This document shows, in pieces, positions 34,666 to 46,642 of a stretch of 64,000 bases of DNA. Below the pieces are notes generated by a model. That model had not been told where the DNA came from, did not search any database, and was given only the letters and a program-made list of their open reading frames with translations. A program made the position numbers and the translations under genes. The stretch covers positions 496,001-560,000 of the forward strand of contig MU008165.1 in assembly GCA_010909165.1 (NCBI GenBank), in the 5' to 3' direction. Positions within the stretch are counted from its first letter, which is position 1; each line of letters opens with the position of its first letter. This DNA comes from Anthoceros angustus. Taxonomy: Eukaryota; Plantae; Anthocerotophyta.

Positions 34666-35097
34666 CAGGACAAAAACCGTGGGTTCTGTTCTGCATGTAC
34701 GCAGCCCATCACTGTCAGGACTCCTCTGCTACTTTGCACATAATAATAGAGCACAAGAATACCTTTGAAAGGGATGTCTCCGTCGTTGAGTTATTGCACG
34801 GGCGTCTCATCGCAGTCTGCGACGCATTACCGGCCGCATAGTGATGGGAGATCCACTCTGCGACGCAATACCGGCCACAAAGTGATGGGAGATTCACTCA
34901 CGACGTTAGGACTGTCACAACACACCGGACTCCATATCTCTCCCACAATGAGCTTTGGTTTAACAGTTGAAGCAACCTTGTGGTGGTTGACGGTCGTACA
35001 GCGTTCTTTAAAAAATGAATGTGGACTCGTCCACGAGTACAAACTATTAGCAAAACTCTCGCTGTAGGGGTACCGGAGAGTCAGGCCCCCGCGGCCC

Positions 35098-38000
35098 TCA
35101 GAAGAAAGAATGCGTCTTGCTGAGTAGAAGTCCTCCATCCCAATTCCAAGGGTTGACAGGCGGGCTAAGTTGATAGAACCCATACGCCAGAGCCACGCCG
35201 ACCGCAGCGGTGGCCAAGCCCTTCACACAGGCTGGCACGACGTATGCGTTCTTCGCCACAGCTTTGCTCACGCTGTCAGCTTCCTTCAACAAACGCTTTG
35301 TCTCTTCACTGTCCGCTGTCTTTAGGGCTTTCTGATGCTGCAAGCACGTCCGATGGATTTAGTCATCGACCCTCTAGGCCGTTCAATAACTTTGGGACAT
35401 GAGCAGACGAGCAGGATGCGCCATGAGCAGTAGCGCGAAGAGGGGATCCCTACCATGGATCTGAACGACGCGATCGTCCTTTGCAAATCATTTAGTGGTG
35501 AGAGCCGGGCAACATTCTCCTTCCAGTTCCTGCTTAGATATCGCAGTATTCGAATACTGGCAATAAGATTACTAAGGTGCAGTTTCTCCTGTTGGACAAA
35601 ACAACACAGATTCGCATCAGCACACCAGCAGCCCACGACGTCTTACCAGACTACATTATACCCGGAGCATTCATCCAGCTAAGCTAATAGAAGTGTTATT
35701 GCAGTGATCCATGCACACACACACCATAGACCACGAAACGTACTACCGTTCTACACTAATGAGGGTGCTTCTATGACAGTCATAGTGAATCTTCACTAAG
35801 ACTGTCATATTGCAGTGATCCATGCACACACAGACCACAGACCACGAAAGGCATTAACTTTCTACACCAATGAGGGTACTTCTCGGACAGTCTTACCAGA
35901 TCTTCACTAAGAATATGTTGAAGATGCTAATGGGATATCTAAATCTTCGATGCCAAGTGCATCTTCAACAGAGGCAGAATTCACAAGCTGGTCCAGATGA
36001 GACAGGCAGCAAGAAAAAAAACAAGACAGCAACAACGAACCCATCCATTGTAGCTTTCCGGATCCTGTTGCAAGCACCAAATAAAGTTTTGACAGGCTTC
36101 ATTTGCAAGCTCCTCGACATCTGGAATTGTTTCAGAAAACACAGAGGCCCTGAATTGAGATCTTGCAAAACCCAGTAATTTCAGAGAAAGCGAAGAGAAC
36201 AGGTGACCACCATACCAGAGGCTGCAGCCGAAAGACTCAATAAAAAAAGTTGTTGAGCCACTGGCTTCGTGGCTTTGGTCCCGAAAGAACCCGACAAGCA
36301 GAGTTCCCTTACAAGAGGGTATAGTGCACGAAACACCTCTGTTACCTGCATACAGCACAATTTTAGACTATCACATGCCATGAAGTCAAAGAAAGGATAA
36401 CTACCTAAACAGGAGGGATAACAGTAGACCTTCACACCCAAACCACTAGGCAACACTCATCAGAATTTTTTCTCATTACCATTGCCCCCCCAGGTCCTGA
36501 AGGATATGCAAGCCGAAGCAAAGTATCCAAAGCTGCTGGAGGAACAAGCCTTTCCCCTTTCCTACTGACACCATTCAGCAGCACTGCACGTGCCTTCTTC
36601 AGGTTTGCCAACAGAACCCTGCCAGTGTACCACATGAAATCAAAGGCAATGAAGATTTGAAGTATGAGAATAGCTGAGGCAATGCAGTTACCAGATTTCT
36701 ACCTTTGCATGAACATCGCTGTGATGTACTTTGTCGATTGTGCACTAGACTTGGCTGCCGCAAGAGGCAAGAGATTTTGCACCCACAAGGACATGCCAAC
36801 AATTAGGTCCCCACGAGCTGCCTGGAGTCAACAGGCCAAAGCGTGAGTAAGAAGAAGAGCAAGAAACATCACAATGAAACATACAATACAATGATAAAGG
36901 TATGACGAATTCTAATTGAAAATGACACAAACCCTCCCTATCACGTCTATAAATCAAAGCATCCTGTCGCATATTCACAGGAGAAGCAAGGCTTTCACCT
37001 GTCCGTAAACCCACACCAAAGCAGGAAGCTTATCATGCCCCTGCAGTTGAGAATCCCCCAGAACAAGGTATGCCTTCTGTAGCAGAATGTCAGGTCTTCT
37101 CCTCACTATAAGTGCAAGCACAACAAGAACTCCCACCTACATCACGGGTAAATGCAATTAGGAACAGACATGGACAGGTAGTAACCAAAACGTGCGACAG
37201 TGGCACTGGGATTGTGCATAAGGAACGGATCAAACTCCTTACTTTCGAGCTCTCTGACGGTTTAGCCTGTGCGTGGCTTTCGCTTACGACAGCCTTCAGC
37301 AACCAGAACATAAACCTGGACAGATCCTCGGCGGGCCTATTAGCCAACCAGTCAGACGCAATTTTGGCGACACCTTCTGCCAGATAGGAGAAGGGAATCT
37401 GGAAAACAGATCGTCAACAGATCAGCTCAAACCCAAAATCGAAGCCTAGGCAATGGGAATCCCACAGCACGCTTCACGTGTTGGGCGCATTGCCGCGACG
37501 GATCCAACCTACCTCCACAACATCCGGCAGAGGCGTTTCGCTCAAGATCTTCTGCCAGGAAAACTGAGCAGTGGAGACAGATTGGAACACACGAGCAAAG
37601 TAGTCAGCAAATCGCATCAGCTGCACGTCAGGCGCCGACGGGTACGATTCCTGCAAACAGCAATTCCGCCATAAGCCCCAGACACTTAGTCACACAATCC
37701 CACAGCCCGGCAGAGCAGACGAGGCGCAGAAATAGCGGGGGTACCGTCACACCATCGAGGAAGATGGAGAGCTCAGATGGATCTATTCCAGCAGCCAACT
37801 GCGCCACAGACGCTTTAGGCTTTTTGACCTTCTTTGGCTTGGCCGGCTTGTCGGACACCGGCACAGGCGCGGCAGCAGCGTCTGCAACATCCTCGGAGTC
37901 GGATTGAGCAGCAGCAAGAGCAGGCGTAGCAGCCGCGAGAAGGATCAAATCCCGCTGGGCCCGCCGATCCGCCGCATGCACCTCCAACGCCTGGAAGGCC

Positions 38001-38131
38001 TGCGATTCACCGGTCCCTGCGGGCTTGCCAGGGTTGACCGCCTTGCCCTCCCGCCGCCTTGCCCTCCTGGGATTCACTACCTTCTGCCAGCCGTGGTTGC
38101 TGCCGCCGCCGCTCGCCTCGTCCTCCGCCAT
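35098..38131 (-). CDS. TMEM214: TMEM214-like membrane protein, multi-exon
   Basis: MAEDEA...HGWQKV, QLMRFADYFARVF, QGHDKLPALVWVYGQ, LLNGVSRKGERLVPP, FRALYPLVREL, C-terminal hydrophobic anchor. Confidence 0.82.
35697..35915. repeat. Tandem duplication of about 110 bp in a TMEM214 intron, with a hairpin at the junction
   Basis: tattgcagtgatccatgcacacac...atgagggt...atcttcactaaga occurs twice; ATGACAGTCATAGTGAA-TC-TTCACTAAGACTGTCAT inverted repeat at about 35773-35808. Confidence 0.8.
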
Positions 38132-38796
38132 GCCGCCTAGCGATCGCCTACAGCTCCCAGCTGCTACTGTTGTACAACAAAGAAACCAGAGGCGAATCAC
38201 AGACTCGTCTCGCCTTATGTACTCTACGTATTTCCTTTTCTCTCCAGTCTCCCCGCTTCAACTCACAGCGTTTCACGACTTCCGAGTGCATGCCGCTCTC
38301 CGTATTAAATCCCACGCTGCGAGTTGAATTGCGAATCGTTGCCATCCTCCTCAAGCATGCATAGAGATCTGCAGGCTTCGACCTCGGATAACACCTTGTC
38401 TCTCTATGATTTTTGGCGGCGGCGCACTCCCTCGCGTGAGTTCTTGCGCGTCAGACCACTTCATTTCATCAGTCCTAACCTTCCTTCTTGCCTTCTTGCC
38501 ACATTTAGCTCAGTATGAGACGTTGAGAACTGCTTAATCCGACACTTGATTGATCGACATCGTCTTCCGTCTCATCAGTAAAGAATGTGGCAAAGAAGAT
38601 GACTCGTTAAAGCCTTGATAATGGAGGAGTGTGCTGGTCATGGAAGGGCCTTCAAGGGGTGAGTAGTTGGCCGGTGCAAGGTTGCTGAAAGCGAGGCTGC
38701 ACAGGATCTATGAGATCCGCAAACCCTGCGAGTTTGCCTGCATGGGAGAGCTTGAGGTGCGAGACCTTCTCCTTCAGAAGTCAGAAATCATAACAG

Positions 38797-40198
38797 ATGT
38801 GTAGCATGGCGAGCTCCGGGGCCGCACTGTGGATATGCGGCACAATCACAGTGGCCCTAGGCCTGGCACTGTACCATCCGCTGAAGGTGAGTCCAGTAGC
38901 CGGGGTGCCGGAGTTCGAGGCCTGCGCACTGGAGGAGGCGAAGGAGGGAGATGCAGCTGGTGAGGGATGGAGAGCAGAAGCTGCAGGGCGCGGAGGTGAA
39001 GTTCAGGAACCAGGTCATGGGGCCAGAGGTCCTGGTGTTCGACTGGGAGGAGAGGGGAAAGAAGGGGGCCGTACACGGGTCTGGCGGACGGGAGTCGGTT
39101 CGACGTCACTTCCGCTAACCGGAGTGAGGAGGTTTGCGGGCCTCGGGATCCGTCTGAACCTGGGGCATGAGCATACCTGCGGGCGCCCGCTGGGGCTCCG
39201 GTTCGATGCCCGGACTGGAGAGCTGTACATGGGCGGACGCCTACTTCGGGCTGCTCAGTGCGGGGCGTGTGGGGCGTGTGGGGCCTGGTGGCGGGTTGGG
39301 CTGGACTCTGGCGACTGGAGCTGATAGGCGTTGCTTTCGGCTTCACAAACGATGTGCATGTCGATGGTGATGGCGCCGTGTACTTCACAGACAGCAGCAC
39401 CGAGTTCCAGAGAAGGTACCTGAAGGGATGTGATGGGATGTCATATGTCGTGTCATGTGTTGTGGCTGGTTCTCTGTTAAGCAGCTTGAGCTCCGCAGCC
39501 GACCTGATGGGTGACCATACAGGCAATTCTTCTGTCAGTTGTGGCGGGTGACAATACCGGCAGGCTGCTCAGATGTGATCCCTCCGCCAAGTAGACCGAG
39601 GTGCTGCTGACAGGCCTTCGGTTCCCCAATGCCGATGCCCTGATTGATGATGCCGCTTTCCTGACACTCTCAGACTCCATCACTGGAAGGTGAGTGAGTG
39701 ATCGAGTGAGTGAAGTTGTTGCAGTCGATGTTGTTTGGATGTGCCGCCCCAATGTGACCTGCATCATGTCGTCTGAGTCTTTTCAGATTGTTGAAGTACT
39801 GGATCAAAGGGGACTGTTTCCTGACAATGTGCGGCGGGACAAGGATGAGGACTACTGGGTGGCTATCCATTGTAGGAGGAATCGTGTCCAGCGCTTCCTG
39901 GCAGCCTATCCCAACCTGCGCCGCTACGTTCTCAAGCTGCCCATACCTCACAAGTATACCCATCAAGCAGCCCATTCCTCTCAAGTACACCTACGTGCTT
40001 TACAGTGGGAAGCCTCACGCAATGATCTTGAGGTATAACTCTCAGGGGAAGCTTCTGGAGGTGCTGGAAGACAGTGCAGGAGTCACGGTGAAGCTGGTCA
40101 GTGAGGTGGAGGAAAGGGATGGTAAGCTGTGGATTGGCTCTGTGCTCCTGCCTCAGATAGCAGTCTATGATCGACAAGCCCCTTCTTCCGCTCAGTAG
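38797..40198 (+). pseudogene. Strictosidine synthase-like (SSL) pseudogene
   Basis: CGRPLGLRF, ADAYFGLL, FTNDVHV...VYFTDSS, TGRLLR, FPDNVR, VSEVEERDGKLWIGSV spread over different frames; in-frame TAG at 39592-39594; frameshift near 39231; 31-nt duplication at about 39932-39991. Confidence 0.85.
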
Positions 40199-41542
40199 CA
40201 TGCACCTGCAGTGGTCCACACTGGGTGGCAAGGAAAAACTCATAGTGAAAAAATGGAGGTACCACAATACACCCAGTTCACTGCTCTTCTACGCAACATC
40301 CAGGAGCTGTACACGATGCCCAAATCAACATGTAGCATCCCTAAGGCCTTAACCTTGAAAATTCAAATATTTCATAGCCTTTGCGAGACCGGGCGGTGCC
40401 ACAGAGGGAATCCGTAGCTGTCGTTGCTGCTTGTTGCTCTGCGTGAAACAGGCAACCCAGAGTCCATTCAGTACAGCCACACGGGGTGCCTGACCGAGAC
40501 TCACAAGCCAGAAAAACCCGCAGAGCACTGTCACAAATATACCTTGGAATGGGCATTGTGACGCTTTCCAGCTTTCCATCTCTTGTAGAGTCCGTTGGCT
40601 AAGGGCCGGAATCGCAACTTGTACGAACTGATAACAAACCACAAAAAGCAACTTCAGAAAATGGCCGCCTGGTCTTTTGAAAACACTAAACCCGAGCCCA
40701 TAGGATGGGTGACACGACTCGAGCAATCGGCCGACACATCAGTGCTCTCACAGGAAACAATGAAGATGCCGAGGCACGGATTAAGAACACTAGATTACTG
40801 ACGAGTAAGCCTTTATCTTGGGATGCTTCAACTTCGAGGCAAAAGCCCGTCTTGTTTCCACCTACATCGGGAACCAGGACAGCAAGAGATGAGTACTCCC
40901 AACCTGCCACCAATCCATATAACAGAGCAGATCGACCCGCACCTGTAAGCCAACGGGAGCACCGTGGCCTTTCATGCTCCCCCCGGCCCGCAAATTCCTC
41001 AAACCAAGAGTAGCCCAAGGCGCAGCAGCTGCATGAAAACCAGAGCTGGACCTAAAGCAACCAAACATGCCTGAAGAACGGCAACAAGTGAGCAAGCAGC
41101 TGCAATGCCATCAAAGCTATGCAATATGAAACCAATGGTGTCCGCCACTGCTACTTGCTTCAAGATGGCATCACCTGTTAGATACCCCCTTCCTCCAACA
41201 GCTAAACCACCCCGATTTTCCGCATGAAGGCACATGGATCCATGGCTAGCAGGACCTCCAGCAGTGGCCGCTGCACGGCTCCTGAAAAGCAACAAAGCCG
41301 ATTTCAGCCACAGACGTGGCGTCGACATTCCTGGCACCACCTTCACGCTACCGGTAATGGATCTGTCAGGGCTCCCTCACGCACCCCTCATTTCCAATGT
41401 CGAGGATCGTCAGCAAAACGTGAAATCAAGTCTTGCGGATGTAGTAGGTTTCGAAGGGGGGGACAAAACTAGGTTGGCACAATATGAGGGGCGACAGAAC
41501 TAGATTGTGATTAAATTTATATATGCATTTTGATGGACAAGA

Positions 41543-41623
41543 GTTGACATGGCCGAGTTGGTCTAAGGCGCCAGATTAAGGTTCTGGTCCGAAAGGGCAT
41601 GGGTTCGAATCCCATTGTCAACA
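41543..41623 (+). tRNA. tRNA-Leu (anticodon AAG)
   Basis: GTTGACA/TGTCAAC acceptor stem, TGGCCGAGTTGG A box, CCAGA-TTAAGGT-TCTGG anticodon arm, long variable arm, GGTTCGAATCC B box. Confidence 0.97.
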
Positions 41624-42237
41624 TGTCTGCCTGTACTGGAAAGTTTTCTCCGCTTCAATTTTGAAGTAACGTTTCCCTACAACTGCAAAATTATCATTGA
41701 ATTTTTCTGGTAAACAATATTTTATTATTTAAAAGGAGTTACGTAAACGCGGGTTTTCTTTCCTAATTATAATTAGGTCTATAAAAATGCTCCTAATAAA
41801 CATGGTAATTAAGATGAGAATTCTCAACAATTAATCACTACTTCGTATTTCATGGGAATTTGGGGAATACTTGAGCAAACAATGCTTTAAATATTGTATG
41901 ATATTTATTGAGAAATATAATATTTTCTTTTGTCCAATGTATTAAGATAACACGGATCATTTCTACACACCATTTGATGTGTCACCATTTGATGTGTCGG
42001 TTTCAGTTTCCTTTCTTTCCCAAATTCTTTAACTACAAGAATATGCATACAACAAATATGGAACTGAAGTATGAAAACGTCGCAGATAGAGAAACTAGCT
42101 TAAAGTAGCTTAAATTAGTACATAAAAGATATATGATTATTTGCCGATTGCATCTTGATGCCTAGTCTACACTAGGCATCTACCTACAACTGCTGGTCAC
42201 TTAGCAACATCAGCTTTTCGATGCTATCAACCTTGTC

Positions 42238-42420
42238 TGAATGCTCTCTCGTTGGCTCCTGCGATTGCTCTAATTCTTCCTTATATGAATGCGCTCTCGT
42301 TGGCTCCGGTGGTTGCTTTGCTTCCTCCTGATCTAAATGATCTCTCGTTGGCTCCTGTGATTGCTTTGCTTCCTCCTGATCTGAATCCTTTCTCGCTGCC
42401 GCCAGTAGTTACTCTGCTTC
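42238..42420. repeat. 48-bp minisatellite, about 3.5 copies
   Basis: ctctcgttggctcc...ttgctttgcttcctcctgatct repeated with period 48. Confidence 0.8.
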
Positions 42421-42702
42421 CTTCTTGTTCTTCCGTGATCTTCCCGCTCTTCATTCTCATCATGCCTTCAATAGCCAAGTATTTGACTAGCTAGAACCTA
42501 AATCAGAAAACGAATTTAATTTCGTAAGTGAAAAAACTAATTGCTGAAAGCAGAACTAGCCTTTAACTTAGAAATCATATAAAGGAGCATGATTCGATGG
42601 CACACGAGCACAACATAATAGTTTTCGTGCCGCGGTGTGATGTGCCTATAACAGTCGTCACACTTCCTATACATGCCGAAACTATGCCTCACTGGGATGT
42701 GG

Positions 42703-42975
42703 CCTCTAGGCACCTCAGTACTTCCCAACAAAGGACCCCAACAAGAGACTTCTAGGCACCTCAGTCCTTGCCAACAAGAACCTCAACAAGACACCTCTAG
42801 GCACCTCAATCCTTCCCAACAAGGACCTCAATTCTTCCCAACAAGACATCTTTAGGCACCTCAGTCCTTCCCAACAAGGACCTCTGTTCCTCCCAACAAG
42901 ACATCTCTAGGCTCATTCCTTCCCTCTAAGGACCTCAATCCTTCCCCACAAGACACTTCTTAGCACCTCAGTTCT
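42703..42975. repeat. Degenerate minisatellite (taggcacctcagt...cttcccaacaagga)
   Basis: Multiple imperfect copies of tctaggcacctca and cttcccaacaag. Confidence 0.75.
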
Positions 42976-43190
42976 TCTCCTTGGTGTAATACTAATGCTA
43001 GGGAATCCCTCCCTAGGGCTAGCCTTATCTGTTATGTAGGAATGCTTGCTTCACCTCAATTGCCTTTCTAGAGCTAGCTTCATCCATTATATAGGAAGAC
43101 TTGCTTCACCTCTAAATGAATGCGTACATGTTCAAATGGCTTGGCCAAATGGACACAACTTTATAAGAATCTCATTGTTAAGCCGCGAAA

Positions 43191-44884
43191 GGTACTTGGA
43201 TGGGGTGCTTAGAGGGAGTGGATGCCCTTGGTGCTGGAAGCTTAGCTACACCATGCTACATTGTCAAGGGATGTCTAGAGGGAATGGATGCCCTTGGTGC
43301 TAGAAGCTTAGGCTTACAATGGTACCTTGTCAAGGGGTGCCTAAAGGGAGTGGATGCCCTTGGTGCTAGAAGCTTGGGCACACTATGGTACAAGGGGTGC
43401 CACGAGGGAGTGGATGCCCTTGGTGCTAGAAGTTTAGGCACACTATGGTACAAGGGGAAATTAGGGTCTTCTAAGGAACTCAACTCCAAAACGCCGGCCA
43501 TTTGTGGTCAAGTAAATATTTTATGAAAATTATTTTGAATTAAGTTGTTAGTTTCTAAAATGTTACAAAATATGACCAAGGTTCTCCACGCGAATCCCTA
43601 TCCAACTGTTGTTAGAGGAAGCTATGATGATTGAAACACTTGCCCGTAAACCATTTCATACCATCATAGCATCTCGCGTCTCAAATTCATTCCGTTGTAT
43701 AGCTTTCTCAAACCCTAAGGAACTGCCTTCACCACTTAATAACAACCCATAATTTTCATGAATTCAAGCATTGGGGTATCTGATTTTCTATAAGCGTTGT
43801 TGTGGTCAGACATTGATTCCGAGAGAATAAGGTTGTGCTAATCTCTGTGTGGGATTTCCAACAGGCCTATAGTTACCTTCATCGAAGCAGAATTGTAGTT
43901 TTGAGCTTGAAAGGAACCTCCTCAGAGTTTCAATCGGGATGCCCTTTTTTGGTTTTTTTCAAAGTGTTCCATGAAGGAGCTCCTCATTGTCGATGCCCTT
44001 CACAAAATGGACCCACCATGGTAGCAAGCTTCTTAGCACGAATTGTTGTGTGATCTCCACTTTGCACATGGGGCCCAATTTTATGAACCCGGTTAGGAGG
44101 CTCCTCCCGGAGTGGTTGCCATTAGTGGACGGTGGCAGGAAAGCTCCCTGTCCTCCGGTTGCCCCGGAGGAAACCTGTCCCCGGACCCACCACCCACATT
44201 CTTCATCTCGGTCTCCCATAACCGGGATTATCTCTCTTGGCCCTCACACATTAGTTTACTACGGATTCGAGTGGGACCTATAATCAAGGGCAAGAGATAG
44301 TTCAGTGGTAATGCAATTCTAAAATTGGAACGGCCAGTCAAGGCCAGTGAAGAAAGAGAGTGAATCCACCTATTGGTAGGTCCACGACATCAGCTAGGTG
44401 GCGGGACCACTCCCGAACCATGCCACTCCCCTTGCTCGCTGTTTCTTTCCTACGCACGCCGTTTTTTTTTTCCAGCCTGCCATGCCTCCGTTGCTGGTGG
44501 CATGGCTCCTCTACTCCCTATCAGGCGCTTCAATGGCCCTCAAGATCTACAATTTCGGAAACTTGAAGGTGCCTTTCTTGGTGGACCAAAACGGGTGATT
44601 AATAGTAAAATTTTGAATTTCTATAAAATAATTACGATATAAACAGTAGGTCCAAAGTCTGGATCCGAGGCCTTTGGTCGTCTAGGGGTTAAGCAAACTA
44701 GCTTTCTCAACCCTAAGAAGAAGAAGAAGAATTCTCAACCCTAAGAAGAAGAAGAAGAATTTTATTTAAGTCACTAAGACGGATTTCCCTCATGGGACTT
44801 GGTACTTAACAACTTGTACCATGGTGTGCCTAAGCTACTTGCACCAAGGGCATCCACTCCCTTTAGGCACCCCATCTAAGTACC
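43191..44884. mobile_element. Putative non-autonomous element of about 1.7 kb bounded by inverted repeats of about 75 bp; the left end is expanded into four tandem 58-66-bp copies
   Basis: ggtacttggatggggtgcttagagggagtggatgcccttggtgc at 43191 matches the reverse complement of about 44810-44884; no clear target-site duplication or transposase. Confidence 0.5.
44703..44760. repeat. Duplicated ttctcaaccctaag(aag)n unit
   Basis: Two consecutive copies visible. Confidence 0.85.
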
Positions 44885-45496
44885 GATCCAAGCTCAGGAT
44901 GCTTAATCACGGCGTTCTAAGCATGAAAAAATTAGGGTTTGAACCCATGCCCTCTTTCGGACCAACAGCTCAATCTGGTTCTGTATAAACCAGTTCGGCC
45001 ATTTTGACTCCTGACTTCAACCCCGAAAGGCATTACTTGATGGACAACAGGCGCACACAAAACTTGCCGCCAGGTTTTCCGTTCAGAATTTGTATAGACC
45101 TTGACAATACTTGGAAGGCTAACCGTAAATATCATGTGGCCAGGTGGTAGGGCACGCCAATACCATGCCATGTTGTATAAGCTCTATACTTTCTCATCCA
45201 CTCTCTCTCCTCAGCATCTAGTGTAAAGCCGTACACGCATACACCGGGGACCGGCTCTCCGTCCCGTCGCGGCCAATAGCGGGCAATGGTCTAGCTTCCG
45301 CAAAATCGCTGGTTACCCAACAGCTTCCCAGACAAGAGTCTGAATTTCCACCAGGCAAATTCTTGTGCCCTCTCCTTCAGCTCCTTCAGCAAAAACTTGA
45401 CGAACAAGGCATCCAGATTCGTGGGCAAGCATTCCAGCGACAACGACACCTTCTCTGACTCCGGTGTTCTGAGCCCTGCAATCCCTGTGGAGGCCA

Positions 45497-46603
45497 TCAG
45501 TTCTTCAATCTCTTAAAGCAGTCGGCGATGCTGCGACTGCCAGGAGGAGGTGGAAGCGCCTTCTTCACTCTCTTGTTCTTGGCCTCAGCAACGCCAGTTC
45601 TATGCTTGCCTGCTTCCCCGTGGCGGGGCCCTTCTGTGGCTTCCTCGTCACTCTCGTTGATGTCTGCATCCTCCATGCACTGAAGGGAAGTGCCGATGCA
45701 GTCGCGGAACCGCGGATCCCTTTTGACAGCAAAACAGACATCCTCAGCTCTGATGCTTCTGCGTTTGCTACCAACCATGACAGAAAAGGTGGACGATGCC
45801 AGAGCTTCCACAAAGAGCTCTGTCGCCTTGGCTATGGCACTGATCCCGCCGCTGCTGACCACCCGGATGTCGGGATCGAGTTTGATGATACGCTTCACCT
45901 TCGCCAGGGGAAACGCTGCAGGCTCCTTCTCTGCTTGAAGAGCCACCTCCTCGTCTTCCATATGACCTGGTGCGACTGCCACCTCGGCATCGGAAGCCGA
46001 TGCCGGGGCATTTCCTTTCTCGGCACCAGAATCGGACGGCTGAGCACCAGCAACTGGGCAAACAGCATTCTCTGGAGCGGCCTCCCCCTGGTCCTCCTGC
46101 TCACCTCCCCCGCTACTCGCAGGTCGCTTGAAAAGCTCTTTCTCTGCATCCGTGAGAGAATGCCAGAGCTCGCCTAGGGCTTTCCCCAAGGCCGCGGCCG
46201 TCGGCTTGCCTCCTGCGGCCACTATGTTCGATTTCACCTGCTCCCGGTTCTGGTTGGAGAATCTGAGGTAGGCCGAGACGCGCTTCACACCACCAGCCAC
46301 GTCACTCCCATCCTTGCCTTCGGCAGCAGGCAATGAGGCACCAATGGCCACGGCTGTGCTCACATCCTCCTCACAAATGTCAGCCTCCTTGTCTTTCTCT
46401 TCGTCCGCAACCGCGGCTGCTTCTTCCACGTAATCGGAGATATCGATGGCCGCTCCAGGCAAAGGACAGATGCTTCCTGCTGGGTCAGCAGAGGCACCAA
46501 TGGCCTCTGCTGTGCTCACATCCTCCTCACAAATGTCAGCCTCCTTGTCTTTCCCATCGTCCGCAACCGCCGCTGCTTCCTCCATTTCATCGGAGACATC
46601 CAT
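45497..46603 (-). CDS. HMG-box + H2A-type histone-fold (DPB3/POLE4/CHRAC15-like) fusion protein with acidic N-terminal repeats
   Basis: HMG box KRVSAYLRFSNQNREQVK...ALGKALGELWHSLTDAEKELF; histone fold FPLAKVKRIIKLDPDI...AIAKATELFVEALA...KRRSIRAEDV; tail SRSIADCFK; single open frame, first likely ATG at 46603. Confidence 0.85.
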   Translation of the reverse strand: MDVSDEMEEAAAVADDGKDKEADICEEDVSTAEAIGASADPAGSICPLPGAAIDISDYVEEAAAVADEEKDKEADICEEDVSTAVAIGASLPAAEGKDGSDVAGGVKRVSAYLRFSNQNREQVKSNIVAAGGKPTAAALGKALGELWHSLTDAEKELFKRPASSGGGEQEDQGEAAPENAVCPVAGAQPSDSGAEKGNAPASASDAEVAVAPGHMEDEEVALQAEKEPAAFPLAKVKRIIKLDPDIRVVSSGGISAIAKATELFVEALASSTFSVMVGSKRRSIRAEDVCFAVKRDPRFRDCIGTSLQCMEDADINESDEEATEGPRHGEAGKHRTGVAEAKNKRVKKALPPPPGSRSIADCFKRLKN

Positions 46604-46642
46604 GGCCGCTCCAGGCAAAGGACAGATGCTTCCTGCTAGGTT
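46335..46642. repeat. 156-bp (52-codon) tandem duplication at the 5' end of the HMG/histone-fold gene
   Basis: gaggcaccaatggcc...ggacagatgcttcctgct begins at 46335 and again at 46491. Confidence 0.95.

Noticed and set aside
40349-41346. Overlapping hydrophobic minus-strand ORFs suggesting a decayed membrane-protein gene
   Set aside because: No recognisable motif and no consistent start or splice structure; needs BLASTx
42998-43022. Hairpin followed by CTAG resembling a Helitron 3' end (another hairpin at 42157-42180)
   Set aside because: Spacing atypical, CTAG not followed by T, and no 5' TC end or Rep/helicase remnant identified
42703-43460. Regularly spaced repeats superficially like a CRISPR array
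   Set aside because: Eukaryotic context, degenerate tandem units without unique spacers, and no cas genes
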